A DNA stretch of 64,000 nt from Terriglobia bacterium (GTDB lineage: Bacteria; Acidobacteriota; Terriglobia; 20CM-2-55-15), in the NCBI GenBank assembly GCA_965198225.1, contig CBDAOY010000007.1, positions 32,001 to 96,000 of the forward strand, given 5' to 3'. The notes beneath the pieces were generated by a model. It was not told where the DNA came from and did not search any database. It saw only the letters and a program-made list of their open reading frames with translations. How positions within the stretch are numbered: the stretch's first letter is position 1; each line of letters begins with the position of its first letter. Shown here piece after piece: positions 33,798 to 43,366 of the stretch. Made by a program: the position numbers and the translations under genes.

Positions 33798-33885
33798 TTG
33801 TTGTAGTCCGATGTCCGAGGTCCAAAGTCCACGGTTCGATGTCGCCGACGGACGAAACCCGGATTTGGAACTGGGGACTCAGTAG

Positions 33886-34497
33886 CTAAGCGCCGCGTAG
33901 CTGTTCCAGGTACGGGCCGACCAGGTTTTCGACGTACTTGGCAAGAACGTCGAATTCCAGGTTGACGTTGTCACCGGGCTGAGCGTACTTGAGATTCGTG
34001 TTCTCCAGCGTGTGCGGAATGATCGCGATGGAGAACGAGGACGCCTCCAGGCCGGCGACCGTCAAGCTTATGCCGTCGACGGCGATCGACCCCTTCCAAA
34101 CGATCCGCGACGCGGCGGCCGGATCATAGCCGACCTCGAGGATCCAGTCGTCGTCCTTGCGATCGAACCGCTGAATCCGGCCCACGCCATCCACGTGGCC
34201 CTGGACAATGTGCCCCCCGAAGCGGGAGTCCGCCCGCATCGAACGTTCAAGATTCACGTGCGTTCCGGTTCCGACATTCCTGAAGGTCGTGCGGTCAAGC
34301 GTTTCCCGGGAAAGATCCGCCGTGAAACTTCCTGCGTCGATCTCGCGGGCTGTTACACAGACGCCGTTGGTCGAAATGCTGGAACCGGGTTCGATGTCAT
34401 CCAGGGCTCGCGCTGCTGCTATTCGAACGCGGCGGAACTCTTTCGCGTCGTGAACTTCGACGATCTCGCCGACTTCTTCAATGATCCCGGTGAACAT
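33886..34497 (-). CDS. ribE: Riboflavin synthase alpha chain
   Basis: MFTGIIEE, VNLER, GGHIVQGHVDG, GSIAVDGISLT. Confidence 0.96.
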   Translation of the reverse strand: MFTGIIEEVGEIVEVHDAKEFRRVRIAAARALDDIEPGSSISTNGVCVTAREIDAGSFTADLSRETLDRTTFRNVGTGTHVNLERSMRADSRFGGHIVQGHVDGVGRIQRFDRKDDDWILEVGYDPAAASRIVWKGSIAVDGISLTVAGLEASSFSIAIIPHTLENTNLKYAQPGDNVNLEFDVLAKYVENLVGPYLEQLRGA

Positions 34498-35536
34498 AGC
34501 CCGTTACCATCAGGTCCGGTCCGACGCGTTCCACCGTCCAGTCCTCAATCCGGACGGCGTCGGCAAGGGAGCGCGCTCCTCCGGCCCCGAAACCCGGCAC
34601 TTCCCGGCCGCCGATGATCCTTGGGGCGATGAAAACGATTATTTTATCAATGATTCCGCTCCTGAGGGCATTGAAAGCCAGATCCGGTCCGCACTCGAGC
34701 ATGAAGCTCTGGACGTCTCGGCGAGCGAGATCGGCTGCGACTTCGTGCAGGTGCGTGCCTCCGACGACGACTTCGTGTGCGTCGGCAAGCTCCAGGTCGG
34801 GTGCCTGTGTGTAGACGATGACGCCGGGTTGGGAAAAAATCCGCAGGCTCGAGTGAAGTCTGCCGCGGCGGTCCAGGACAGCCCGGATCAACGGGCGTCG
34901 TCGGGCCCCTCCGCTGCGATCAGTCAGTAGCGGATCATCGGTCAGAACGGTCCCGCTCCCGGTCACAAGCGCGTCGACACCGTGTCTCAGTTCCTGGACC
35001 AGGATTCTGGACTCCTCGGAAGTGATCCAGCGTGACTCGCCTGACGCGGTCGCGATCTTGCCGTCGAGCGACATCGCAACCTTGAGGATGCCGAAAGGGA
35101 GACCGCTCTCTACGTAATGGATGAACGTTTCGTTCAATCGGCGTCCTTCATCGGCGAGGACGCCACATTCGACTTCGATTCCAGCTTCGCGCAGCCTGGA
35201 AAGACCGTTTCCGCGAACTTCCGGGTACGGATCTTCGATTGCCGCCACCAGTCGAGATACCCCTGCCGCGACGAGAGCCTCGGCGCACGGAGGGGTCCGT
35301 CCCTCATGGGAACAGGGCTCGAGGCTGACGTACACCGTCCCTCCCCGGGCCCGAAGCCCCGCCTCTTCGAGGGCAAGAACCTCTGCATGCTTGACGCCGT
35401 CATACGTGTAGGAGCCGGTGCCGACAACCTGACCATCGTTCACGATGACGCAGCCCACCATGGCTCCCGGACTGGTCAGTCCCCGCCCCTCCTCGGCAAG
35501 CTCGAAGGCCCGCTTCATGTAAGCTTCGTCGTTCAT
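34478..35536 (-). CDS. ribD: Riboflavin biosynthesis deaminase/reductase
   Basis: HAEVLAL, LEPCSHEGRTPPC, AMSLDGKIA, GTVLTDDPLLT. Confidence 0.95.
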   Translation of the reverse strand: MNDEAYMKRAFELAEEGRGLTSPGAMVGCVIVNDGQVVGTGSYTYDGVKHAEVLALEEAGLRARGGTVYVSLEPCSHEGRTPPCAEALVAAGVSRLVAAIEDPYPEVRGNGLSRLREAGIEVECGVLADEGRRLNETFIHYVESGLPFGILKVAMSLDGKIATASGESRWITSEESRILVQELRHGVDALVTGSGTVLTDDPLLTDRSGGARRRPLIRAVLDRRGRLHSSLRIFSQPGVIVYTQAPDLELADAHEVVVGGTHLHEVAADLARRDVQSFMLECGPDLAFNALRSGIIDKIIVFIAPRIIGGREVPGFGAGGARSLADAVRIEDWTVERVGPDLMVTGYVHRDH

Positions 35537-35597
35537 GGACGTCGCGTCCGGCCCCCCGTTTCGAACCGAAATAAACTTTTCTGCTGAGCAAAGACCC

Positions 35598-35627
35598 GGG
35601 GACAGGGCCAGCCCCTGTCCCCCTCAC
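35598..35627 (+). repeat. GGGGACAGG-hairpin repeat (copy 4)
   Basis: GGGGACAGGGCCAGCCCCTGTCCCCCTCAC. Confidence 0.7.
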
Positions 35628-35673
35628 ATTGGCTCTCTCACAAACCCTTCGCCTAACGAGGACCCGGTTTAGG

Positions 35674-35745
35674 GTGTAGGTGCGGTCTATGACCGCACAA
35701 ATTCGCATTCATGAACATCTGTGCGCTCACAGAGCGCACCTACAC
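35674..35745. repeat. GTAG-family REP doublet (REPIN) copy 1
   Basis: GTAG-GTGCGGTC-TAT-GACCGCAC ... GTGCGCTC-ACA-GAGCGCAC-CTAC; overlaps the ftsY stop. Confidence 0.85.
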
Positions 35746-36699
35746 TGCAAACAAGGAATCCACGAAATCATCGGCGGAAAACTCGATCAGATCGTCCAGT
35801 TTCTCTCCCGTGCCGATAAAACGGATCGGGATCTTCAGCTCCTTCACGATGGCTGTGGCGACGCCTCCCTTCGCTGTTCCGTCCAGCTTCGTGAGGATCA
35901 GCCCGGTCAGGCCGGCGGTCTTTGCGAATTCTCGAGCCTGGATCAAGCCGTTCTGGCCGGTGGTGGCGTCGAGGACCAGGAGGACCTCGTGTGGGGCATC
36001 GGGGACCTCCCGCGCTGCTATGCGGGTCATCTTTTCCAACTCCGCCATCAGGTTGTGTTTTGTGTGGAGCCGGCCCGCCGTGTCGACGATGACGTAGTCG
36101 ATCATGCGTGCCTTGGCCGACTGAAGCGTGTCGAACAGCACAGCGGAGGGGTCGGCGCCGGGCTTCTGCTTGACGATCGGGACCCCGATCCGCTCCGCCC
36201 ATATTTCGAGTTGCTCGATCGCGGCGGCCCGGAACGTGTCGGCGGCAGACAACATCACCTTCTTGCCGTCGGACTTGAATCGATGCGCCAACTTGCCGAT
36301 GGTGGTGGTCTTTCCAACTCCGTTGACGCCGACCACGAGTATGACGAAGGGTTGGCCTTCGGCGACCTGTGCGACGGCTGAGGTTTCGACGTCGAGCGTC
36401 CTTCGCAGCTCGCTCTTCAGAGCATCGCGCAACTCGGTGGGATCCTGGAGCACGTGCCGAGACACCTGTTCGCGGATGGTGTCCAGAATTTCCGTCGTCG
36501 TGTGCACGCCGACGTCGGCGCCGATCATGATGGCTTCGACATCTTCCAGCAGCTCGGCGTCGATTGCCTTCTTGCCCTCGACGATTTCCTGGATTCTTTC
36601 CGTGAAATCGTGTCTGGTCCGCGCGACGGCCTCTCTAACCTTCTCGACGATCGTCGGGTCTTTGGGTTTCGGGGGGCCGAACAGGGTTATGAATTCCAT
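35740..36699 (-). CDS. ftsY: SRP receptor GTPase FtsY
   Basis: GVNGVGKTTT, DTFRAAA, DTAGRL, TKLDGTAKGG, GTGEKLDDL. Confidence 0.97.
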   Translation of the reverse strand: MEFITLFGPPKPKDPTIVEKVREAVARTRHDFTERIQEIVEGKKAIDAELLEDVEAIMIGADVGVHTTTEILDTIREQVSRHVLQDPTELRDALKSELRRTLDVETSAVAQVAEGQPFVILVVGVNGVGKTTTIGKLAHRFKSDGKKVMLSAADTFRAAAIEQLEIWAERIGVPIVKQKPGADPSAVLFDTLQSAKARMIDYVIVDTAGRLHTKHNLMAELEKMTRIAAREVPDAPHEVLLVLDATTGQNGLIQAREFAKTAGLTGLILTKLDGTAKGGVATAIVKELKIPIRFIGTGEKLDDLIEFSADDFVDSLFAV

Positions 36700-36705
36700 C
36701 CTCGG

Positions 36706-37707
36706 TTACTCGGCTTTCAGCTCCCGGTCCATCAATTCGTTTATCGCGACCTGGGGTCCTTTTCCTTCATAGAGAACCGCATAGATCTGCTGGGCGATCG
36801 GCATTTCCACTCCACGCATGCGCGCGAGTTCCACCGTGGACTTGCTGGTCTTGATGCCCTCGGCCACCATCCTCATGTTCGAGACGATCTCGTCGAGCTT
36901 CTTGCCTTCTCCAAGCGCAACGCCGACCTGGCGGTTCCGGCTGAGCTGTCCTGTACAAGTAAGCACGAGGTCGCCCAGCCCGGCCAGCCCCGCAAGTGTT
37001 TCCCGCCGCCCGCCGCACGCTGCAACAAGCCGCATGATTTCCGCGAGCCCGCGGGTGATCAGCGCGGCCGTTGCGTTGTGTCCCAGCTTGAGCCCGCTGA
37101 CGACTCCCGACGCGATCGCGATGATGTTCTTGACCGAAGCCCCGATCTCCACACCGATGATGTCCGGGTTGGTGTAAAGACGAAAGTGGGGGGCGGAAAG
37201 CTCGCGCTGCAGGTTGCGTCGCAGTTCATCGTCGGGGCCGGCGACCACCAGCGCCGTGGGTTCTCCATTCGCCACTTCCAGGGCGAAGGTCGGTCCCGAG
37301 ATCGCTGCGACGCGCGGAGTGAATTTCGGGCTGACGATGTCGTGGATCACCTCCGACATGCGCATCAGCGTGTCGTTCTCGATACCCTTGGTCGCCGTCA
37401 CGAAGACCATCTCCGGCTTCAAGTACGGCAGCATCTTGCGGTAGACGTCACGACAAACGTGAGAGGGAACCGCACTGATGACGATGTCGGCGCTGTAAAG
37501 AACCTCCTCGAGCGAATCACTCGGATGCACTCGTTCAGGAACCCCTACTCCCGGCAGGTAAACGGGATTGTTCCGGTCGCGCCGCATCGTTTCCGCGACG
37601 TCGGGTTCGAATACCCACAGCTTGACCGAATCGTGGACACGTGCCATCGCGACGGCCAGCGCTGTGCCCCATCCCCCCCCGCCGACGATTGCGATCGATT
37701 TGTTCAT
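36706..37707 (-). CDS. gpsA: NAD(P)H-dependent glycerol-3-phosphate dehydrogenase
   Basis: GGGGWGTALA, TKGIE, SGPTFA, KNIIAIA, GLGDLVLTC..SRN. Confidence 0.96.
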   Translation of the reverse strand: MNKSIAIVGGGGWGTALAVAMARVHDSVKLWVFEPDVAETMRRDRNNPVYLPGVGVPERVHPSDSLEEVLYSADIVISAVPSHVCRDVYRKMLPYLKPEMVFVTATKGIENDTLMRMSEVIHDIVSPKFTPRVAAISGPTFALEVANGEPTALVVAGPDDELRRNLQRELSAPHFRLYTNPDIIGVEIGASVKNIIAIASGVVSGLKLGHNATAALITRGLAEIMRLVAACGGRRETLAGLAGLGDLVLTCTGQLSRNRQVGVALGEGKKLDEIVSNMRMVAEGIKTSKSTVELARMRGVEMPIAQQIYAVLYEGKGPQVAINELMDRELKAE

Positions 37708-38273
37708 GAGACAGGTTCGGTTTCCGACAGGCGGTACCCGAAGAGCTTCTTGTATTCTGCCCCGTCGGGCCGCAGTGTGCTCTGGACCAGGTAGAAGCGA
37801 TCGGTAGAGTAGACGCCGAACTCCAGGCCGTCGTAACGCGCGGCGGCTTCGACGAGGGAAGGGTCGATGCGACGATCCCGCCGGCTTCGGGCCACCGTGA
37901 GATGCGGGCTGAACGGGCGCTTCTCCGCAGGGAACCCCAGTTCCTCCATCCTCTCTTCTACCTTATGAGCCAGGTCTTCGAGCGCCCTCGAACCGACACC
38001 GACCCACAGGACACGAGGTGCCCGGGCGTTCGGGAAGAAGCCTACACCGGAATAGTCGACTTGAAAAGGTTCCGCCCGAATCGACCTCAGACGCTCGTCG
38101 ATCGCCGGAACTCGGGATTCGGTAACTTCTCCGAGGAACTTCAAGGTCAGATGCATCGAGGAGGGCCGCACCCATCGCGTGGAATCGTTGACGCTGCGAA
38201 GCTGACTTTGGAGTTCCGTGATGGCGTCGAGCAGGGCAGGGGGAAGATCGGTCGCGACAAAGAGACGCATCAA
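37704..38273 (-). CDS. thpR: RNA 2',3'-cyclic phosphodiesterase (2H family)
   Basis: MRLFVA, HLTLKFLG, FSPHLTVAR. Confidence 0.93.
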   Translation of the reverse strand: MMRLFVATDLPPALLDAITELQSQLRSVNDSTRWVRPSSMHLTLKFLGEVTESRVPAIDERLRSIRAEPFQVDYSGVGFFPNARAPRVLWVGVGSRALEDLAHKVEERMEELGFPAEKRPFSPHLTVARSRRDRRIDPSLVEAAARYDGLEFGVYSTDRFYLVQSTLRPDGAEYKKLFGYRLSETEPVS

Positions 38274-39511
38274 GTGCCGGCCAGATGTCGGCGAACCATG
38301 TCCAGCGCGGCCTGAGACGATTGCCAGCGGACCTTGTCGCGGGCGCCCGGGAAAACGAAGTGTCGGTGTTCCGTCCCGTTCGGGCCCGCGACCGCGATGT
38401 AAACGGTCCCGATGGGTTTCTCCTCCGACCCTCCCGTCGGCCCGGCGATGCCTGTGATCCCCACTCCGAGGGTCGTTCCAGTCTTTTCACGCACGCTCTC
38501 GGCGAGTCCCACGGCGACTTCGACGCTAACCGCGCCCTGCATTCCAAGCAGCAGCGGCGGTATCCCGGCTAAATCGATCTTCGACTGATTGGAGTATGTC
38601 ACGATACCGGATTCGAAGTATTTCGAACTGCCAGAAGTCCGGGTCAGCCTTTCCGCGAGCAGGCCACCGGTGCAGGATTCGGCGACAGCGATGGTCGCCT
38701 CCTTCATCACCAGGTACATCCCGACGACTTCCTCCAGCTCCTGGTATGTGCGTGCGAACACGTACTCGCCGAGCTGACTCTCCATCTGCCCCCCGACTTC
38801 TTCGAGCAGCGCCTCGGCTTCGGGTTGGGTCTTCGCCCGCGCTGACAGGTGGATGTCCACCTGACCTGGTTTCGACAGCACCGTTGTTTCCGGGTTCTTG
38901 TACTTCGTGTAGATCGGACCGATCCGCGCGTCGAGCACCGACTCGGGAAGCCCCGTCGTTCGGTAGACGCGACGCGCAAGCGCTAGCGGTCCTGCCATCC
39001 GGGCCAGTCGCGGGTAGCAATGCCTTTCGAACATCGGCTCGAGTTCCGCGGGAGGTCCCGGAAGCAGCACCAGAGTATTGCTCTCGACCGGAATCCAAAG
39101 CCCGGGAGCGGTACCGTTCGAGTTGTCCAGGGCGTCGGCGCCCGAGGGCACCAGTGCCTGCCGCTCGTTGTTCGCCGGCATCTTTCTGCCTCGCGACTCG
39201 AATCGCGCCCGGATCTTCGCGACGACGGTATCATCCAGGACCAGTTGACGGTGCAGCGCCTGGGCGACGACTTTCCGGGTAATGTCGTCCTCGGTTGGTC
39301 CGAGGCCACCTACTGTGATGATGATCGGCGTGCGGTCCATCGCTGCCCGGAGGGCGTGTTCGAGGTAGCTTTCCTGATCTCCGACCACCGTGCGCAGCAC
39401 TACGGCGATGCCCATCTGGTTCAGCTGCTCGGTCAGGTACAGGGAGTTCGTGTCCCGGAAGCGGGGAGTCAGCAGTTCAGAACCGATGGCGATTATTTCC
39501 GCGGTCAGCAT
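38270..39511 (-). CDS. cinA: Competence/damage-inducible CinA (MoCF-like + PncC domains)
   Basis: AEIIAIGSELL, GGLGPTEDDIT, AESCTGG, ITGIAGP. Confidence 0.95.
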   Translation of the reverse strand: MLTAEIIAIGSELLTPRFRDTNSLYLTEQLNQMGIAVVLRTVVGDQESYLEHALRAAMDRTPIIITVGGLGPTEDDITRKVVAQALHRQLVLDDTVVAKIRARFESRGRKMPANNERQALVPSGADALDNSNGTAPGLWIPVESNTLVLLPGPPAELEPMFERHCYPRLARMAGPLALARRVYRTTGLPESVLDARIGPIYTKYKNPETTVLSKPGQVDIHLSARAKTQPEAEALLEEVGGQMESQLGEYVFARTYQELEEVVGMYLVMKEATIAVAESCTGGLLAERLTRTSGSSKYFESGIVTYSNQSKIDLAGIPPLLLGMQGAVSVEVAVGLAESVREKTGTTLGVGITGIAGPTGGSEEKPIGTVYIAVAGPNGTEHRHFVFPGARDKVRWQSSQAALDMVRRHLAGT

Positions 39512-39634
39512 CTATTTTGCGTCGGGCCCACCGGCCCCTCTACATCGTTCAACTTTAACGAGGGCACTGGCTTTGGAGCCAGCCTGAGATTCCGGGAACG
39601 CACACGCCGGGCCGGTCCCCCCACGCCGGGGGCA

Positions 39635-39719
39635 AGTAGCCAGTCGTCACTCGTCAGTTGGACACCAGCCAGTCATTCAACCCCGCCGACAACTGACTAC
39701 TGACAACTAAAACCACTGC
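39635..39719. repeat. Heptamer palindrome (GTAGTCA/TGACTAC family)
   Basis: GTAGCCA GTCGTCA CTCGTCA GTTG ... CAAC TGACTAC TGACAAC. Confidence 0.65.
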
Positions 39720-40745
39720 CTACGGCAGTGGTTTTCCCATGATTCCCGCATGCACGCGGTAGAGGGACGACGTGTCGACGATAGTCAGGTTCTCGTTGAA
39801 ATCGAAGGCCATGCCGACCAGACCCAGACCCGAGACGAAGAGTTCAGGGTTGTTGGTCCCTCTCGGAAATCGAAAGATTCCGCGCCTGCCGCGGTAGGAA
39901 CCCACCACGTAGACGTTGCCCTGAATGTCTAGTGCCACCCCTTGCGGGCGCCCCATTCCGGTAAAGAACTTCCCCACCTCGCCGGTCGGCGAGACTCGAT
40001 AGACGGAATCGAAACTCGACGTCGTCGGGCCGGTCACGTAGAGATAGTCGTCGAGTCCGTGCGCCAGGTGATAGGCCGCCATGCTGGGCTCCAGCGTGGC
40101 GAACACAAAGATTTCCTTGCTGGGGCTGATCTTGAAAATGCTGCCGCTACGGTCGCCGACGTAGAGGTTGCTGTCGCGATCAAAGGCCAGGCCTGTCGCG
40201 ATACCCATTCCTTCGATATAGGTCTCGGCCCGTCCGGTCGAGTCCACCTTGTACACGTTCCCTTCATGCCGGCTGGAGACGTAGAGATCCCCGTCGAGTC
40301 CGAAGGCCAGGCCCGTCGCGTTCATGATGTCGACCGTGTGTGGTGTGACAGCCCCGTTCGGCGTGATCTTGTAGATCGATACCGGTGTCTTCTGGCTGCG
40401 TCGGCCGCTATACGTTGCGTAGATGTTGCCGTCGCTGTCGATGGCAGGATTGGCAACCGGGTGGAGATTAGTTGCCAACCGCTTTCCGACTTCATAGGGA
40501 AATGGAGGGCTGCAAGTGCCGTTGTTGGCGACGGAGAGTTCCGACGTACCGGTCTCGGAGGAGGATTCCGGTACCTTGGCGACGATGAGTTTGTCCGACG
40601 CGATCGTTATCTGAGCGGCATATTCGCCGAAGCGAACCTCGGGCTGACGTGAGCCCCCCAGGTTACCCCCGCCGTATTCAATGGTTACTTCACCGCCGGG
40701 CAGTGCAGCCTTCGGGACGACGCGCTTGATCGTTATGTCGCTCAA
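39720..40745 (-). CDS. IPT/TIG + beta-propeller (SMP-30/NHL-like) protein
   Basis: N-terminal Ig-like IPT; repeated 'GLAFD.DGNLYV' blades. Confidence 0.8.
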   Translation of the reverse strand: MSDITIKRVVPKAALPGGEVTIEYGGGNLGGSRQPEVRFGEYAAQITIASDKLIVAKVPESSSETGTSELSVANNGTCSPPFPYEVGKRLATNLHPVANPAIDSDGNIYATYSGRRSQKTPVSIYKITPNGAVTPHTVDIMNATGLAFGLDGDLYVSSRHEGNVYKVDSTGRAETYIEGMGIATGLAFDRDSNLYVGDRSGSIFKISPSKEIFVFATLEPSMAAYHLAHGLDDYLYVTGPTTSSFDSVYRVSPTGEVGKFFTGMGRPQGVALDIQGNVYVVGSYRGRRGIFRFPRGTNNPELFVSGLGLVGMAFDFNENLTIVDTSSLYRVHAGIMGKPLP

Positions 40746-41254
40746 GAGATTTTTCCTGCAAGCGATTCCAGCACAACCAGTGCCAGAAAAGCGTAAAGGC
40801 CCGCCCCAACATCGTCGGCAACCACTCCAACACCTCGCGGCAGCCCCTCCAGACGTCGGATCGGAAAGGGTTTAAGGATATCGAAAAAGCGAAAAAGCAA
40901 AAAGCCGAGAATTGCTGCCGTCAATAGAGCCGTTGTTCCGGATCGGACTACGAAACCCAGGGCAATCATCTGTCCGATGACCTCGTCGATCGCAATTCGT
41001 GACGCGTCCTTGCCGTAGAGTGCTTCGACGTGACCGGCCGCCCAAACCGACACCGGGATCAGAATGGCCAGCAGCCCCAAATAGAAGTTCCGAAACCCGT
41101 AGGCGTGGGTCAGGAGGTATATCAGCACTCCAACCAGGGATCCGATCGTGCCGGGGACCCCGGGGACGAGTCCGGCGCCACCGGCCGTGGCGATGGCGAT
41201 CGCGACCCGGTCTACGACCGTCAAGGCTCTATCCCTCGTCTTGGGTGCTTCCAT
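40742..41254 (-). CDS. pgpA: Phosphatidylglycerophosphatase A
   Basis: PGTIGS, DASRIAIDEVIG, FRFFDILKPFPI, GVVADD. Confidence 0.94.
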   Translation of the reverse strand: MEAPKTRDRALTVVDRVAIAIATAGGAGLVPGVPGTIGSLVGVLIYLLTHAYGFRNFYLGLLAILIPVSVWAAGHVEALYGKDASRIAIDEVIGQMIALGFVVRSGTTALLTAAILGFLLFRFFDILKPFPIRRLEGLPRGVGVVADDVGAGLYAFLALVVLESLAGKIS

Positions 41255-41414
41255 TCGACTTGGCGATCTCTTCCGGCGGCCGTTCGGTGGTTGGGACCCG
41301 GTACTCTCCTGAAGCCCATTTCCCCAGGTCGATCAGTTTGCACCGTTCGCTGCAGAAAGGGCGGAAGCGGTTGCTGCGGTAGCGTGTCTCCTTCCTGCAC
41401 GTCGGGCACTTCAT
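41229..41414 (-). CDS. yacG: DNA gyrase inhibitor YacG
   Basis: CPTC..RPFCSERCKLIDLGKWASGEY. Confidence 0.93.
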   Translation of the reverse strand: MKCPTCRKETRYRSNRFRPFCSERCKLIDLGKWASGEYRVPTTERPPEEIAKSNGSTQDEG

Positions 41415-41442
41415 CTATTGGCTCTTCCGCAAGCTTAGGAGC

Positions 41443-41700
41443 TCTAATCGCAAATCGCGATATTTGAAAATCCACATTGCAAATTGCTCATTGGAAATTG
41501 CTTCATTTCAAATCGGAGGAAGTAGCGTGCTGAGTTTTTGCGCATAGGTGCCGACACCGGCTCTGTCGGAGAACCGAGAACTCTGCTGGATCATCGAGGC
41601 GTCCTTCAAAACCGCCCGAAGCTCCGACCAATGACAAAATCGAGCAATCTCCAATCTCCAATTTCGAATGCGGATTTGTCCATTGACCAATCTGCAATAG
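41443..41700. repeat. AT-rich palindromic element, conserved arms and variable core (copy B)
   Basis: Both arms align with 11384-11601. Confidence 0.8.
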
Positions 41701-41793
41701 ATTCTTTCTTTTAACCCCACACCCATTCAACAGCCGGAGTTCCCATTTTGCTTTAGGGCCGTTCGACGCTCGGCCTGGCAGCCGGGGCTGCTG

Positions 41794-43170
41794 TCAGAGC
41801 TTACCGACGATTCGCCCGATCAGGTCGTACTCCAGGCTCTCGGTGATCTCGACGTCGTAGAAACTTCCCGTCCTGGGTTCGGTATCCGACGCGTCGTTGA
41901 TCAGGACGTGTCCGTCGATCTCAGGTGCCTGGGTTTCAAGCCGGCCCTCCAGGAGCAGATCCGTTTCGCTGGAAAACCCGTCCAGCAGGACGGGAAAGCG
42001 CTGCCCGACAAGCGAGCGGAGGTTCTTTGCGGAGATCCGCGACTGTTCGGACATCAAAACGTCTCGCCGTTCCTCTGCCTGGCTTCTGGCGACCTTACCG
42101 TCGAGGTCGAATGCCGCCGTACCCTCCTCATCCGAGTATAGGAAGACACCGAGGTTGTCGAAGCCCACGTTGGCGACGAACTGCATGAGCTCCTTGAAGT
42201 CCGAATCCGTCTCTCCCGGGAATCCGACGATGAACGATGTTCGAATACCGGCGCCAGGAACGAAGTCCCGGATGCGCTGGAGCTGTCGCTCGAAAACCCC
42301 TCGGCTCCCGCCGCGGCGCATACGCTCCAGTATCCTCGGGCTGGCATGTTGAAAGGGGATGTCGAAATAGCTGCACAGCCGGTCCTCCCCGGCGATCAGA
42401 TGAACCAGGTCGTCCGACAACAGATTCGGGTAGCAGTAGAGCAGTCGTATCCAGGCAAGCTCGTCGATTTCGAGCAGGCGCCGCAGCAGCGACAGCGTTC
42501 CCCGTTGCATGCCGAGGTCTTTACCGTACGCCAGCGTGTCCTGAGACACGATAACGAGTTCCTGTACGCCGCCGTCCGCGAGCCGGCGCGCTTCGGAGAC
42601 TAGATCGTCGAGGGGACGGCTTCGGAACGCTCCCCTGAAACCCGGTATGGCGCAGAAGGCGCAGGTGTGATCGCAGCCTTCGGAAATCTTCAGGTACGCC
42701 ATGTGCGAAGGCGTCGTCAGGATACGCGGGATGGTCGGGACCTGGTCGGACCTGTAAAGCGAGTCGATTGCGATCTCGGGAATCGGCTCGGCCTCATCAA
42801 TGCGAACGGAATCCAGAACCTGTCCGAGCTCGTCGGGACCGAACACGAAATCGATTTCCGGGATTTCCGCCCGTATCTCTCCCCGGTAGCGCTCTGCCAG
42901 GCACCCGGCGACGACCAGTTTCTTGCATCGACCGTCCTGCTTGTATTGCGCCATCTCGAGGATGGTGTCGATCGATTCTCTCTTTGCGCTATCGATGAAG
43001 CCGCAGGTGTTGACGACGATCACGTCGGCCGACTCCTGGTCGGCCGTGATCTGGTAGCCTTCTCCGGATAAAGTGCCCAGCATGACCTCGCTGTCGACGA
43101 GGTTCTTCGGGCAGCCGAGGCTGACGAACCCGACCCGGGTCGCTTTTTCTCTGGGTTTCTTCGACATCAC
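41794..43170 (-). CDS. rimO: Ribosomal protein S12 methylthiotransferase
   Basis: SLGCPKNLVDSE, NTCGFI, CDHTCAFCAIP radical SAM motif, APEIDG TRAM. Confidence 0.96.
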   Translation of the reverse strand: MMSKKPREKATRVGFVSLGCPKNLVDSEVMLGTLSGEGYQITADQESADVIVVNTCGFIDSAKRESIDTILEMAQYKQDGRCKKLVVAGCLAERYRGEIRAEIPEIDFVFGPDELGQVLDSVRIDEAEPIPEIAIDSLYRSDQVPTIPRILTTPSHMAYLKISEGCDHTCAFCAIPGFRGAFRSRPLDDLVSEARRLADGGVQELVIVSQDTLAYGKDLGMQRGTLSLLRRLLEIDELAWIRLLYCYPNLLSDDLVHLIAGEDRLCSYFDIPFQHASPRILERMRRGGSRGVFERQLQRIRDFVPGAGIRTSFIVGFPGETDSDFKELMQFVANVGFDNLGVFLYSDEEGTAAFDLDGKVARSQAEERRDVLMSEQSRISAKNLRSLVGQRFPVLLDGFSSETDLLLEGRLETQAPEIDGHVLINDASDTEPRTGSFYDVEITESLEYDLIGRIVGKL

Positions 43171-43275
43171 GCGGAAGGAGTTGGATCCTCTGAATGCTTA
43201 TGCTAACACACGGGCGACTGACTGGATTGGCTGGGAGACTGCAAGAGCCGGTGACGAGTGACAATTAGCGAATGA

Positions 43276-43348
43276 GTGTAGGTGCGCTCTATGAGCGCAC
43301 AGATCCTTGCGGAACGACGAGTTGTGCGGTCATAGACCGCACCTACAC
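43276..43348. repeat. GTAG REP doublet copy 2 (inverted)
   Basis: GTGTAGGTGCGCTCTATGAGCGCAC ... GTGCGGTCATAGACCGCACCTACAC. Confidence 0.85.
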
Positions 43349-43366
43349 CTGCTGCATACGGTCTCC

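Noticed and set aside
35540-35670. FMN riboswitch upstream of ribD
   Set aside because: No recognisable RFN consensus; the region is occupied by REP-like repeats.
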